The position numbers and the translations under genes are program-made. A model generated the notes under the pieces. That model had not been told where the DNA came from, ran no database searches, and saw only the letters and a list, made by a program, of their open reading frames with translations. 64,000 nt of DNA from Mobula hypostoma (lineage: Eukaryota), in NCBI RefSeq assembly GCF_963921235.1, contig NC_086108.1, positions 22,072,001 to 22,136,000 on the forward strand. The letters run 5' to 3'. Positions 27,301 to 39,197 of the stretch are shown piece by piece. Numbering within the stretch: the stretch's first letter is position 1; each line of letters opens with the position of its first letter.

Positions 27301-27700
27301 TGTAACTACATCCCTGTAAATCCTATCAATCAACCCCCTCAGCCTCCCAAATGATCTGGAGTTCATTCAGCTTCAGTTCCAATTCCTTAACAAGGTCTGA
27401 AAGAAGCTGCAGCTAGATGCACTTTTTGCAGGTGTTGTTATCAGGGGCACTGGAGGCCTCCTGCCTTATCACACTCCGCAAGAGGAGAATTCCACTGTCC
27501 TGCCAGGCATCCCCACTGCTCTAACTATGCAATAAGAAAGAAAGAAAAAAAAACACAAAAATATATAAAAATATATATATTAAAAATATACTTCTACCTC
27601 TATGAGCCAAAGTGTGAACTCCCCCTCTAACTCTGGCCTACTCATACAATGGCCACTCCGCTTAAACCTGACTTCTTTTTATTGGCCCTTGCCAGTTGCC
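24345..27700 (-). mobile_element. Older long CR1 LINE with ORF1 esterase, APE endonuclease and RT remnants
   Basis: ORF 26560-26754 GFRFLDHW...DLYWQNGLHLN (SGNH-esterase-type ORF1). 26258-26563 FNARSIVGKADKL...VAISDTWL (APE). 24895-25302 KSPGPD...PGNYRPVSLTS (RT). Confidence 0.85.
24902..25031 (-). mobile_element. Short PLE 3'-terminal fragment with hammerhead remnant, inserted in CR1
   Basis: aaaatgctggaggaactcagcaggccaggcagcatc...cagtcgacattttgggctgagacctttcag interrupts CR1 sequence. Confidence 0.75.
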
Positions 27701-27799
27701 TAATTATGCACACTCCAATGTCTTCTTGGGAATCATGGCACACAGAATGTATTGATTGTCCCACTTGTTTCTTTTGAAATCTCTGTTACTTTTTAAAAT

Positions 27800-28690
27800 A
27801 GAGTAATTGGTTTATTATTGTCAGGTGTATCGTGATACTGTGAAAAGCTTTCATTTGCATGCCATTGAGACAGATCATTCCATACACATGTCAGGGTAAT
27901 ACGAAAAACTTTTAAAAATGCAAAATATGGTGCTATAGTTACAGAAAATATGCAGGGCAGGTAAACAAGTGCAAGGTCCATGACCAAATAGATTGACAGA
28001 TTAAGGCATTTATATTTAACATAGAAGAAGGCTGTTCAAAAATTTTATAAACAGCAGGATAGAAGCTGAGCAATACACACAAAATGCTGGAGGAACTCAG
28101 CAGGCCAGGCAGCATCTATGGAAGAAAGTACAGTCGGCATTTTGAGCTGAAACCCTTGGCAGCTCTCCCAAAGCAGTGGGAAATGTAGACAGAGTCAATG
28201 AAATTGCTGTTTTGCATGAAGGACCGGGCTTATGTTTACAACTCTCTGCAATTTCTTGTCTTGGGCAAAGTAGTTGCCAAATCAAGTTGAGATAGATCAA
28301 GATGGGTTGCTTTCTGTTGTACATCTGTAAGCATTGGTAAGAATCGTCGATACCATATCGAATTTCCTTAAGTCCATGACTGGCTCTTTTGTTTGACTGA
28401 CATGGGTAGAAAGTTTGTTCTTTTGACACCACATCAGCGGGCTCTCTACCTCCTATCTGTACTCCATCTTGTCGTTGTTTGAGATACAGCTTCCTACAGT
28501 GGTATCTGCAAGCATGTAGATGGAATTAGAGTTGTATTTGGCCACGCAGTTGTGAGTGCATAACAAGTAGAGTAGGGGGCAAAGAATGCTGTCTTGTGGG
28601 GCACTAGGTTGATCGTGTTAAAGTTGTGGTTGTCCGTCCTTACCAACTGTGGTCTATTGGTCAGGAAGTCAAGGATACGTTTGCAGAGGG
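27800..28690 (-). mobile_element. Degenerate Rex1/Babar-like LINE containing a short PLE end at ~28071-28162
   Basis: Similar to the other Rex-like fragments; PLE tail cacacacaaaatgctggaggaactcagc embedded. Confidence 0.55.
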
Positions 28691-28976
28691 CAGTATTTAT
28701 TATGTTTGGGCTTTAATGCAAGTATTATTAATAATTTTTAATTGGAAATATCATGGAATTTTAATTCAGCAGACATAAATTTTTATCATTTGTGGTTTGA
28801 ATTTGAAAGGGTTGAATGGAGAATGTACTATGTTGAGAACAGAATCAGTATAGTTTGTTTTCATATTTTAACAACTATCCAGCAAGTACATTGCTAGCTT
28901 TATTTGTCTTTCATAGATCAACTTAAATGTGACTTACTTGAAATGCTAATTATTTTTTCTTCTCCCTTTGTTGCAG

Positions 28977-29095
28977 GGATTTTTCAGTAAAAGATTAAAG
29001 GGGTCTATCAAACGAACCAAGAGCCAGCCAAAACTTGACCGCAACACCAGCTTCCGTCAGATACTACCATCACTGAGGAACTCTGATAGTGACCG
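28977..29095 (+). CDS. RASAL2: Internal coding exon of a SynGAP/DAB2IP/RASAL2-family Ras GTPase-activating protein (start of PH region), most like RASAL2
   Basis: Polypyrimidine tract and ttgcag acceptor end at 28976. Translates [39 protein letters not shown](R). Donor CG|gtaaa at 29096 (phase 2). [17 protein letters not shown] and LPSLR are recalled as RASAL2-like. Not present in the ORF track. Confidence 0.9.
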
Positions 29096-29246
29096 GTAAA
29101 ACATTATCGTTTTACTCACCTGCATTTTAGAGTATTGAAGATGGCTAGTTGTAGAAAACTGTACATGTGTTTAAAACTCTGACTCCTTTTTCCTGTTGAT
29201 GTGAAATCCGTTTGAGGGCTAAACCTGCAGAGATTTTCTGTGTCTG

Positions 29247-29277
29247 TGAGAGAGAGAGCGAGAGAGAGCGAGAGAGG
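29247..29277 (+). repeat. (GA)n microsatellite
   Basis: gagagagagagcgagagagagcgagagagg. Confidence 0.8.
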
Positions 29278-29369
29278 ACATGCTTTTAGGTGGAGTGGGA
29301 TTATGTAAAGTCTGGCCTTTCAGTTGAGCAGAAGTCAGAAGCACAGGATAAAAGGAATGGAGACTGTTA

Positions 29370-29892
29370 TGTCAATCCATGGCCTCCTCTACTGTCAAGA
29401 CGAAGCCACACTCAGGCTGGAGGAACAACACCTTATATTTTGTCTGGGTAGCCTCCAACCTGATTGCATGAACATTGATTTCTCTAACTTCCATTAATGC
29501 CCCACCTCCCCTTCTTACCCCATCCCTTATTTTTATTCCCCCCTTTTTTTCTTCTCTCTCTGTCCCTCTCACAATCACTCCTTGCCTGCTCTCCATCTTC
29601 CCCTGGGCTGCCCTCCCCCATTCTTTCTCCCTAGGCCTCCTGTCCCATGATCCTCCCCTTCTCCAATTCTGTATCCCTTTTGCCAATCAACTTTCCAGCT
29701 CTTGGCTCCATCCCTCCCCCTCCTGTCTTCTCCTATCATTTTGGATCTCCCCCTCCCCCTCCCACTTTCAAATCTCTTACTTTCTCTTCTTTTAAGTTTG
29801 TCCTAACAAAGGGTCTCGGCCTGAAACGTCGACTGTACTTCTTCCTGTAGATGCTGCCTGGCCTGCTGCGTTCCACCAGCATTTTGAGTGTG
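29370..29892 (+). mobile_element. PLE 3' fragment with mutated hammerhead core
   Basis: GIY-YIG tail (ctcaggctggaggaacaacacctt...). Hammerhead core reads CTAACAA instead of CTGACGA at ~29803. Confidence 0.85.
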
Positions 29893-31104
29893 AGGCTGTT
29901 GATGATTCTTTTATGTTTGATTTAATGATACATCCTGACATGCTCTCATCTGATCCATATACAAAATTTTGTAGGGAATTCTTAATTGCTGTGCATTTAA
30001 AAATACAATTCTCTTAAAATACACAACTTGATCTCATCAAATTTGAACAGATGTTAAGCCAACAACAAGAAACTTGGTGAAGAATTTGGAATTTTATTGG
30101 CGAATAATGGAATGCAGAATACCAGGGCTTTTTCACTATATTCCACAGAAAAGGCACAGCTTTTTTTTAAGATTTGAGGTGATAAAGCATCTGCTAATCA
30201 TGAAGCAGCAGAAAAAAATAATTGATGCGTTTAACCAAGATAGTCGCTGAGGAAAATCTAACATGCAGAACAGCAGTATCAGTACATACACGTGATGAGC
30301 AAGTGTTAAGACAAAGCCTGAAGTGAGTCAAAAATGATGGCGATCCCAAGCAACCTCATTATAGATTCCAAAATCCGAAAAAAAATCTGAATATCTTCCA
30401 GCCCCAACCATTTCGGATAAGGGGAATTCAAACTGTACATGATGTGTTTTTATGTAATTGTGTCTGTGGATTATTTGAGGAACGGCAGTCATCTGTATTA
30501 CATTATTGTCTTGAATTATGTAAAAGCAGAAATATAATGGCTGTTAATGTGTATCTGTCTTCCCCTTTATCCTCTTATAGTTTATTGCTTCTTGTCTAAG
30601 TGCCTCCCTGTCTCTGAGAATGTTAATTAGTTCTTCAAATCATTAGCATGCCAAAGAATTAAGTGGAATTCAGGTGGAGGAGTACAGCATTTTCTGCAGT
30701 GTTTTTTTGAGAAAAAGAAATTGTGAAATTTCATTTCTTTATCACAACTTAGGAGCAAATTTCTAGAAGCACTAATAAAAATTTAGGTTTTGGGCTGTTC
30801 CCAGATTTCAACATTCAAACCATATTTGTTATCAAAATATGGTATATTAACATGTCCATCTTGAGATTAATTTTTTTGCAGGCATTTATAGGAAAAGTAA
30901 AGAAATACAATAGAATATTTGACAAGCCATACATAAACAACCAAGGTGCAAAAGAAGGCAAACAGCAACTTAAAAAAGTACTAAAACCTTAAGTTGTAAG
31001 AGTCCTTGAAAGTGAGTCTGTAAGTCACAGAATCAGTTCAGAGTTTTAGTGATTGCAGTTATCCACGCTGGTTCAGGAGCTTGATGGTTGTAGGGTAATA
31101 ACTA

Positions 31105-31400
31105 TGGTAGTGTGGTAGTGCGCAGCTACAGCAACACTATTACAGCTTGGAGAGTTCCAGAGTTTGGAATTCAATTCGGCACCGTCTGTAAGGAGTTTGT
31201 ATATTCTCCTCATGACCATGTGGTTTTCCTCCGTGCGCTCCAATTCCCTCCCACAGCCTGAAGAAGTACTGTTTAGAAGATCATTGTAAAATGTCCAGTG
31301 ATTATGCTACTGTTAAATTGGTGGGTTGCTGAGCTGTGCAGCTTGTTGGACTGGAAGGGCCTGTTCCATGCTGCATCTCTAAATAAAACAAAATAAAAAC
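31105..31400 (+). mobile_element. tRNA-derived SINE
   Basis: Homologous to 15470-15730 (ctgtaaggagtttgta, gaagggcctgttccatgctg, A-rich tail). Confidence 0.65.
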
Positions 31401-31475
31401 CTATTGGTGTAGAACCTAAGGTTTTTGTACCTCCTACCCAATGGAGTAGCAAGAAGAGAGCATGGCCTATTTGAT

Positions 31476-31701
31476 CAACATACATCAAAGTTGCTGGTGA
31501 ACGCAGCAGGCCAGGCAGCATCTATAGGAAGAAGCGCAGTCGACGTTTCAGGCCGAGACCCTTCATCAGGACTGACGAAGGGTCTCGGCCTGAAACGTCG
31601 ACTGCGCTTCTTCCTATAGATGCTGCCTGGCCTGCTGCGTTCACCAGCAACTTTGATGTATGTTGCTTGAATTTCCAGCATCTGCAGAATTCCTGTTGTT
31701 T
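31476..31701. mobile_element. 226-bp fold-back PLE made only of two inverted hammerhead-bearing ends
   Basis: 94-bp arms at 31476-31569 and 31572-31665 with one visible mismatch and a 2-nt loop. Exact 14-bp TSD ATGGCCTATTTGAT at 31462-31475 and 31702-31715. Confidence 0.92.
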
Positions 31702-33469
31702 ATGGCCTATTTGATGATGGATTCTTTTCTCTTGTGTCAGTGCTCATTATAAATGTACTTAGAGTGTTGCCTATGACACACTGGGCTCTCTCTGCCACTT
31801 TCTGTGGCCTTTTCTTTTCCTGAACATTGGTGTTTCCATACCAGGCCATGATGCAGCCAGTTAGGGTACTCTCCATGGTGCATCTATGGAAGTTTGTCAA
31901 AGTTTGTGGTGACATGGTGAAGCAACACAAACTTCTAAGAAAGCAGACGTGCTGTGATGATATTTATGTGCTGGTCTCAAGACAGATCCTCTGATATGTT
32001 ATTGGCAAGGAATTTAAAGCTACTGGCCCTCTCCACCTCTGATCCCCTAGTGGGTACTCACTCTCTCATGGACCTCCAGTTTCTTTCTCCTATAGTCAAT
32101 AATCAGCTCTTTGGTTTTGCTGTTATTGAGTGAGAGGTTGTTGTGGTACCACTCGATCAGATTTTCAAATTTCTTTGTTGATTTGCCACCACCTATGATT
32201 CAGCCAAAAACAGTGGTTCATCAGCAAATTTAAATGCGGCATTGGAGCTGTATTTAGTCGCACAATCATAGGCATGGTGAAAAAATAAGCTCACAGTCTT
32301 GTGGTGCACTTGGTTTGATGGTGATTGTGGAGCAGATGTTGCCAATCTGTACCAACAGGGTCTGCCAGTGGGGCAATCAGGGATCCAAGTGCACAGGTAG
32401 GAACCAAAGCCCAGGTCTTGGAGCTTAATGATGATTTTGAAGGGAATGATAGTGTTGAATGCTGAGTTGCAGTCATCCTGATATATGCATCTTCATTGTC
32501 TAGATGTTCCAGAGCTGAGTGAACAGCGAATGGAATGGCATTTGCTGTTGACCTGTTATGATGGGAAGCAAATTGGAATGAACCCAGTTCGCTCCTCCAG
32601 CAGGAGTTGATATGCTTCATGACCAACCTCTTGAAGCACGTCATCACTGTGGATGCAAGTGCTACTGGATGATAGTCAATGAGGCAGGTTACCACTTTCT
32701 TCTTGGGCAATGATTGAAGCCTGCTTGAAGCAGATGGGTACCTCAGACTGTTGAAGCAAGAGGTTGAAGATGTCTGTAAAAATACTCCAGCTGGTTGATT
32801 AGCACAGGAAAGCCAGATGCTTTCCATGGATTCAATCTCCTGAAGAATGTTCTCATGCCAGCCTCAGAGACTGAACTCACAAGATGGTCAGGAGCTATGG
32901 GGATTCTTAAGAATGCCTCCATGCTCTCTCAGTCAAGTGAGCATAAAAGGTGTTGAGCTCATTTGGGAATGAAACCTTGTTGTCATTTACATATGTTGCT
33001 TGGTTTTGCTTGTAGGAGGTGATGGGTTTCAAACTCTGACACAGTTGTTGGGTTGTTATTCAGTGACAAAAGAGTAGTTGAGAGAAAGGCTTTCCTTCAA
33101 AGTTATGTCAAAATTTGGATGACTGCAATTCACCGACACTGATGGAATTGAACTTTTTTATATTCTTTAAGGAATTAAAGCAGAGTTTTCATTGAAGAGA
33201 AAAACACAGTGATAGTGAGTAAATCTGAGTGAAGCTGATGACAATTCTATAAACCCTTTACAGTTTTCCAATTCTTGAAGTTCAAGCTTTCTGATATCAT
33301 GATTCACCAAAAATTTACATGTTATAAAAAAAACTACTATCAACAATTACATCTTATAAAATAACAGTTGAGAAATATGCAAGTGCACCTTTGATTTCTC
33401 CAGATTGTAGTACAAGATACAGAATTTGATGGAGTTTAGATGAAGTTATCAATAGGCTTCCACAGCAGA

Positions 33470-33970
33470 TAACAGCTGCTGGAGATACTTTTTGATGCAA
33501 CACACAATTTGTTGGAAGAATTTAGTGGGTTGAGCAGCATTTGTGGAAGGAAAGGAACTGATGATGTTCAACTTAAAAAGAAGGCTAATGGTGCGATAAG
33601 AGTCTGAGGTAATTGGTGGACTGGGGTGGGATGAAAGATGATGGGCATGTTGAGCCAGGGAAGGAAAAGGAGGGGAAATGATTTTGGAGGCAATGGCAGA
33701 TGGGGGCCAACAGAGAGAAAAAATGAGAAACCAATGGAGTGAGGTACAGGGAAGGGAAAGTAGAGATTGGAGACAGCTGCTGGAGAGAGATAAGCAAGAA
33801 AATAAGGGGCTACGAATGCTGGAACATGATGAATTAATAAGGTGATAGTGAGAACCATGGGCAGAGAGGTGACTGGTCAATGGGACAGGAACCAGATAGG
33901 GAGAGGTGGAAACCAGTGGTGAACTGTATATGGTGATTGGTTGGGACCAGGAAGGGGACAAAGATGGCAA
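33470..33970 (-). mobile_element. Old PLE-related purine-rich 3' remnant
   Basis: Head gcaacacacaatttgttggaagaatttagtgggttgagcagcat resembles PLE termini, followed by a purine-rich tract. Confidence 0.45.
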
Positions 33971-34279
33971 CGACTCCCATTATGCTCTACTTGAGATTTT
34001 ATGCAACTTTATAATAGCATGTCTAACGCTTTAACCTCGAGAACTTTATTTTTACAGTTCACTACTGTCATTTTAATTACGAGATGGTGAGGAGGCCTCT
34101 TCTCTGAGGCACCAACTGTTATTTGCAGTTTGTGCAGCTTCAACCAAAATAATAAAGAATCCAACGATCTTGACTTTTTTTCACTTTGATTTGTAACCAA
34201 TACAATAAACAAGCTGTCTGTTGCTAGGCACTACTCATTATTTCCTCCAGTATTTGCTAAGTCAACATGGCAAATTATA

Positions 34280-35490
34280 GCAACACACACAAAATGCTGG
34301 AGAAACTCAGCAGGCCAGGCAGCATTAGGAAAAGAGTAAACAGTTGATGTTTTGGGCTGAAACCCTTAATCAGGACTAGAGAAAAAAGAATGAGGTCAGA
34401 GTAAGAAGGTGAGGGAGAGGGGAGGGAGAAACACAAGGTGATAGGTGAAACTAGGAGAGGAGTGACGTGAAGAGCAGGAAGTTGATTGGTGAAAGAGATA
34501 AAGGGCTGGAGAAGGGGGAAATCTGATAGAAGAGGACAGAAGGCCATGGAAGAAAGGGGGAGGAGCACTAGAAGGAGGTGATAAGCAGGTAAGGGGATAA
34601 GATGAGAGGGAGGAATGGGGAATGGTGACAGTTACCAAAAGTTCGTGAAATTGCTGTTTATGCCATGAGGTTGGAGGCAACCCAGACGGAATATAAGCTG
34701 TTGCTCCAACAACCTGACTGTGGCCTCATCGCGGCAGTAGAGGAGGCCATGGACTGGCATATAGGAAAGGGAATGGGAAATAAAATTAAAGTGGGTGGCC
34801 ACCGGGAGATCCCTCTTTTTCTGGCGGACAGGGTGGTGGTCTTCCAATCTATGTCGGAGGCCACACTGGGAGCACTGGATATAGTAGATGACTTCAACAG
34901 ACTCACAGGTGAAGTGTCAGCTCACCTGGAAGGACTGTTTGGAGCCCTGAATGGTAGTGAGAGAGGAGGTGTAGGGGCAGGTGTGGCACTTGTTCCATTT
35001 GCAAGGATAAGTGCCATGAGGGAGATCAGTGGGGAGGAATGAATGGACAAGGGAGTTGTGTAGGGAGCGATCCTTGCGGTAAGTGAGGGAGGGGAGGGAA
35101 AGATGTGCTTGGAGATGGCAGATGCTTGGTGGTGGAATCCCGTTTGAGGTAGCGGAAGTGACGGAGAATTATGTGCTGGACATAGAGGCTGGTGGAGTAG
35201 TAGGTGAGGAGGAGAAAAGGAACCCTATCCCTGATGGGGTGACAGATGGATGGGGTGAGGCAGACATGCGCAAAATGGAAAAATGTGGGTGAGGGCAGCG
35301 CTGATGTTAGAGGGAAGGAAGCCCCTTTCTTTGAAAAAAGAGGGCATCTCCTTAATTCTGGAATAAAAGGCCTTATCATGAGAGCAGATGCAGTGGAGGA
35401 GAAGGAATTGAGTGAAGGGGTGGCATTTTTACAAGTAACAGGGTGGAGAGAGGTGTAGTCCAAGTAGTTGAAGAGTCGGTGGGTTGTAGC
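34280..35490 (-). mobile_element. Penelope-like element, 5'-truncated single arm
   Basis: ORFs 34632-34847 (PVATHFN...LEQQLIFRLGCLQPHGIN) and 35026-35547 (YLDYTSLHP). Decayed hammerhead at 34341-34378. Confidence 0.85.
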
Positions 35491-37077
35491 GTCTCTTTTC
35501 TTTTTGAATGTATAACTCTTTTGTTCTTGATGACAGATCTCCTTCACTTAGAGTCATGATTCATGTTTGGCTAGGTTAGCAAACTCAAAAGTAGGTTATT
35601 ATGGACAACTGGAGCACAAATTAAAAACCAGATTAAAAAAAAGTTTTGGTCTCTTGGTTTAGCAGCTGATCCATCTCATGAAAGAATTGTGGAAAATTTG
35701 TGATTCGACGCAAGAAGACTTTATAGTATAAGATGAGTCTGAATTAGACTGAGCAAGGAGACTGACTTCTTCTGTCAGCATGAAGGAGTTCTAACTATGT
35801 GATCAGTATGTTTTGTTAAACAAATTCTGGTCACATCTTTTACCAGCACTGAATACTTAATATGCAGCCAGTATTGACGAATGCAAGATCATATCAGCTT
35901 TCTTTTTGAGTGATGTTACATTCAAAATAAAAATATTTTCCTTGTTTCTGGAAAGTGTGGTTGTCTGTTTAGTTCATGTCATGATGTGTTTCTGGGTTCT
36001 GGTTGCTCAATTTTTTTGTTGCTATTTTGGGTAATTTTGAATTGAGGCAGGCTGCAGATAACAAACACTGAGCTGAATTGTATATGCCTTGACTCTTTTG
36101 ATTTTGTGTTTTATCTTCTGTGTTTTTCACCTGTTTATCTTTTGTTGGCATTTGGGCGATTTGTGCATACTTTGTGCATGTGGGGAGAGGGTGTTTGATG
36201 TTTTTCTTTGAAACGGTTCCATGGTTTTTCTTTGTTTTGTTGCTGTCTGTGGGGCAGATGAATCTCAGGGTTGTTTACCGCTTACGTACTTTGATAATAA
36301 ATGTACTTTGAATCTTTGAGTCTTTAATAAAAAGGACATTTCATTTATTTTACTTCATTTGACATTGCATCTCCATTTGCATGGAAGACACCCTCAGGAT
36401 TAAAAAAAGTCATGTGGTCAGATGTTGTTTGGTGTTGTTTGATGAAAAAGATAATCTGTATGAGCAGCAGCCATTCAAAGTACACTGCCTTCACTTATCA
36501 TACAGGAACCATAGTGAAGGTATGTTAGCACTGGGGTCTTCCTTTGAACAGTTTTACTCCTGAAGAAAACATTAGCTCCAATGGATGCCTTCATTAAATA
36601 GTCTTATCTATTATAAGCCATCTGCACAAAGCTTCTGGCTTTCTATCTCCAGTGAAGTTGTTTACTTTCATTGAGCTGCAGGCAAGTGACCTATTTCACA
36701 TTTTGTTCTTGATTCTTCCTAAATAAAATATAATTACAGATTGTTTTTGGAACAGCAGAGTATTAGAATGCCTGTTGTCTCATTCTGTGGCATGGTGACA
36801 GGAATGCTAGTATTTGTAATTGTTATTGTAATTGTTATTGAAGGTGCCTTATAATTATGATGTGTGAAATTACAATTAGTCTGGATAAAGTGATTGAGAA
36901 TTACAGTTTCCTATTAGCTTGAGAGATTACTAATGTGGAATTTAAACTTGGTGTGTTGAATGATTATAGTCAAATTTTAAGTAATTTTTTTAATCAGAGC
37001 ATAAGGGGAGTCTGAAATTCAATATTTAAGTGATGTGCAGAAGTTGAAAACTTCATGTTGAAAAAATGCTTCAATTA

Positions 37078-37952
37078 CAGGTTTCCCCCGCCATCCGAAG
37101 GTAGAGCGTTCCTGTGAAACGGTTCGTAAGCCGAGATGTTGTAAAGCAAAGAAGCAATTACCATTTATTTATATGGGAAAATTTTATGGGTGTTCGCAGA
37201 CCCAAAAATTACCTACCAAATAATGCCAAATAACACATAAAACCTAAAATAACAGTAACATATAGTAAAAGCAGGAATAATATTATAAATACACAGCCTA
37301 TATAAAGTAGAAATACTTTTCCACCATCATTGCCGGCACTGTTCACCGAAGTGAAAATCTCACGCAAACGCTCTCGGCAGAAAATCTCACACAAGTGCTG
37401 TTGGCAAAAACACTCTCTCCAGTAACCTTTAAGCTATGAAGCTGCCAAATCATACCAAATAACATGTAAAAATACACAGGCTATATAAAGTAGAAATAAT
37501 GTATGTACAGTGTAATATCACTTACCGGAATTGGTTCAGCGCAGAGCACACTGATGATGGTGTGTTAGACTGAGTCGTCACAGGCTGGGGTGGTGCAGTG
37601 GCCCCCACCCTCCAGGCCACCGACCGATACATTGCCGCGAAGCATGCAGGGGTCCAGCGGTAGCTGGAAGGCACACAGCACATCTTTAAGAAAAAAAGCC
37701 GAAATAAACATGCTAATTAATTAGGTGCCGCCCAGCACATAATTGTCGGCCCAGGTCAGTGCCGATTGCATCCCCTCCGATCTGGGCCGACATTTATTTG
37801 TCGGGTGGCACCTAATTATCGCCTTTTATCGCGTGCTGATTTTTTTCGTAACAGTGAAAACACCTTCTGTTAGCGAAAACAGGGTACTAATGTAGGTCTT
37901 TCATAACAGTGAGGTTTCGTAAAGTGAATGTTTGAAAAGTGGGGGACACCTG
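37078..37952 (-). mobile_element. Tigger/pogo-like element copy 3, internally deleted
   Basis: TA|caggtttcccccgcc ... gggggacacctg|TA. Collinear with 4892-6489, with a deletion at ~37818. Confidence 0.85.
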
Positions 37953-38149
37953 TATACACAACTGCTGAAACCTGCTAAACTTAGAAAGCTTAGTAGAAAT
38001 ACTGATCTGCCCAGATAACTTTTATCTCGGCAAGTGATCACATAGGGCTAAACGATCACATCCGATGTAGTTTTTTAAAAAACTATCATTCCATGCTATT
38101 GACATAAACTACAGAGATAGTTCTCTAGATCAGACTATAGATCATAATT

Positions 38150-38740
38150 GAATTCAGAATAAGATTGAGTTTTATTATTGCTGACATATGTCATGTTATT
38201 TGTTGTTTTGCAGCAGCAGTACATTGCAATACGTTAAAAAGTATTGTAAGTTATGGTAAGAAATATGAAAGATAAGTAGTGCAAAAAGAGAACAAAGTAG
38301 TGAGGTAGTGTTCATGTACTCAAGGACCATTCAAAAATCTGATGGTGGAGGGCAAAAAGCAGTTCCCGAAATGTTGAGTCTTGAAACATGGAATCATAGT
38401 GTTTTTAGGCTCTTGTACCTCCTCCCTCTTGGTAGTAATGAGGAAAGGGCATTTTCTGGGTAGAGAGGGGGCTTAATGATCGATGCTGCCTTTCAGAGGC
38501 ATTACCTTTGAAGAGGTCCTTGATGATGGGTAGGCTAGTATTCATATGGAACTGGCTGAGTTTGCAACCGTCTGCAGCTCCTTTCCAGTCCTTTGCAATG
38601 GTGCCTCTATGATGCAACCAGTCAGAATGCTCTCCAAGTGCATCTGGAGAAGTTTTTCAGAGTTTCCAGAGTTTTTGGTGACATAGCAAATTTCATCAAA
38701 CTTCTAATGAAATATGATTTAACTGCTTCATAATTGCATC
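38150..38740 (-). mobile_element. Rex1/Babar-like LINE 3' fragment
   Basis: Similar to 13300-14010 (aggctcttgtacctcct, gatgcaaccagtcagaatgctctcc). Confidence 0.65.
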
Positions 38741-39159
38741 AATATGTTATAATATATTGCAGTTGATATTATAAAGAAAGTTTGTGATGGCTGTTATTGC
38801 TCCAGTTAGGATTTCACAACAGGAAGTTTTGCAATGGTATAGCAGTACTGATCAGATATTTTGATATATATCAGTAGGCATTATGAATGGAAAGCAATTC
38901 TTTCATTGGTAATCAGAGAACGCAATCAGCATACAGTTAAATGTTTTGTTTAAAGGGGGTAAATTGAAGATAATGCAGTAGATAAGGTATAAACTATGTC
39001 ATTTCAAAGAGCACTTATGATAGGAAATACTTCTATGTGGAAAATAGCTAAAGGGAGTTTCTGCAAGTCATACTTCACTAAAACTATACCAAATAAAGGA
39101 ACACACATCAAAGTTGCTGGTGAGCGCAGCAGGCCAGGCAGCATCTCTAGGAAGAGGTA

Positions 39160-39197
39160 CAGTCGATGTTTCAGGCCGAGACCCTTCGTCAGGACTA
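39160..39197 (-). ncRNA. Minimal hammerhead ribozyme motif (AUC site variant)
   Basis: Reverse complement: tagtc CTGACGA agggtctcggcct GAAAC ATC gactg. Confidence 0.7.

Larger units (their letters stand above)
30810..32830 (-). mobile_element. Rex1/Babar-like LINE interrupted by a SINE and a mini fold-back PLE
   Basis: ORF 32291-32827 DYHPVALASTVMTCFKRLV...FQFASHHNRSTANAI...LEHLDNEDAYIRM, and 31700-31930 ESTLTGCIMAWYGN. Confidence 0.8.

Noticed and set aside
31476..31665. Classical MITE, CRISPR repeat or rho-independent terminator
   Set aside because: The arms are PLE 3' ends, the TSD is 14 bp, the ends are asymmetric, there is no spacer array and the context is eukaryotic.
33449..33970. 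173-aa Ser/Pro/Leu-rich ORF
   Set aside because: Low-complexity translation of a pyrimidine-rich repeat strand.
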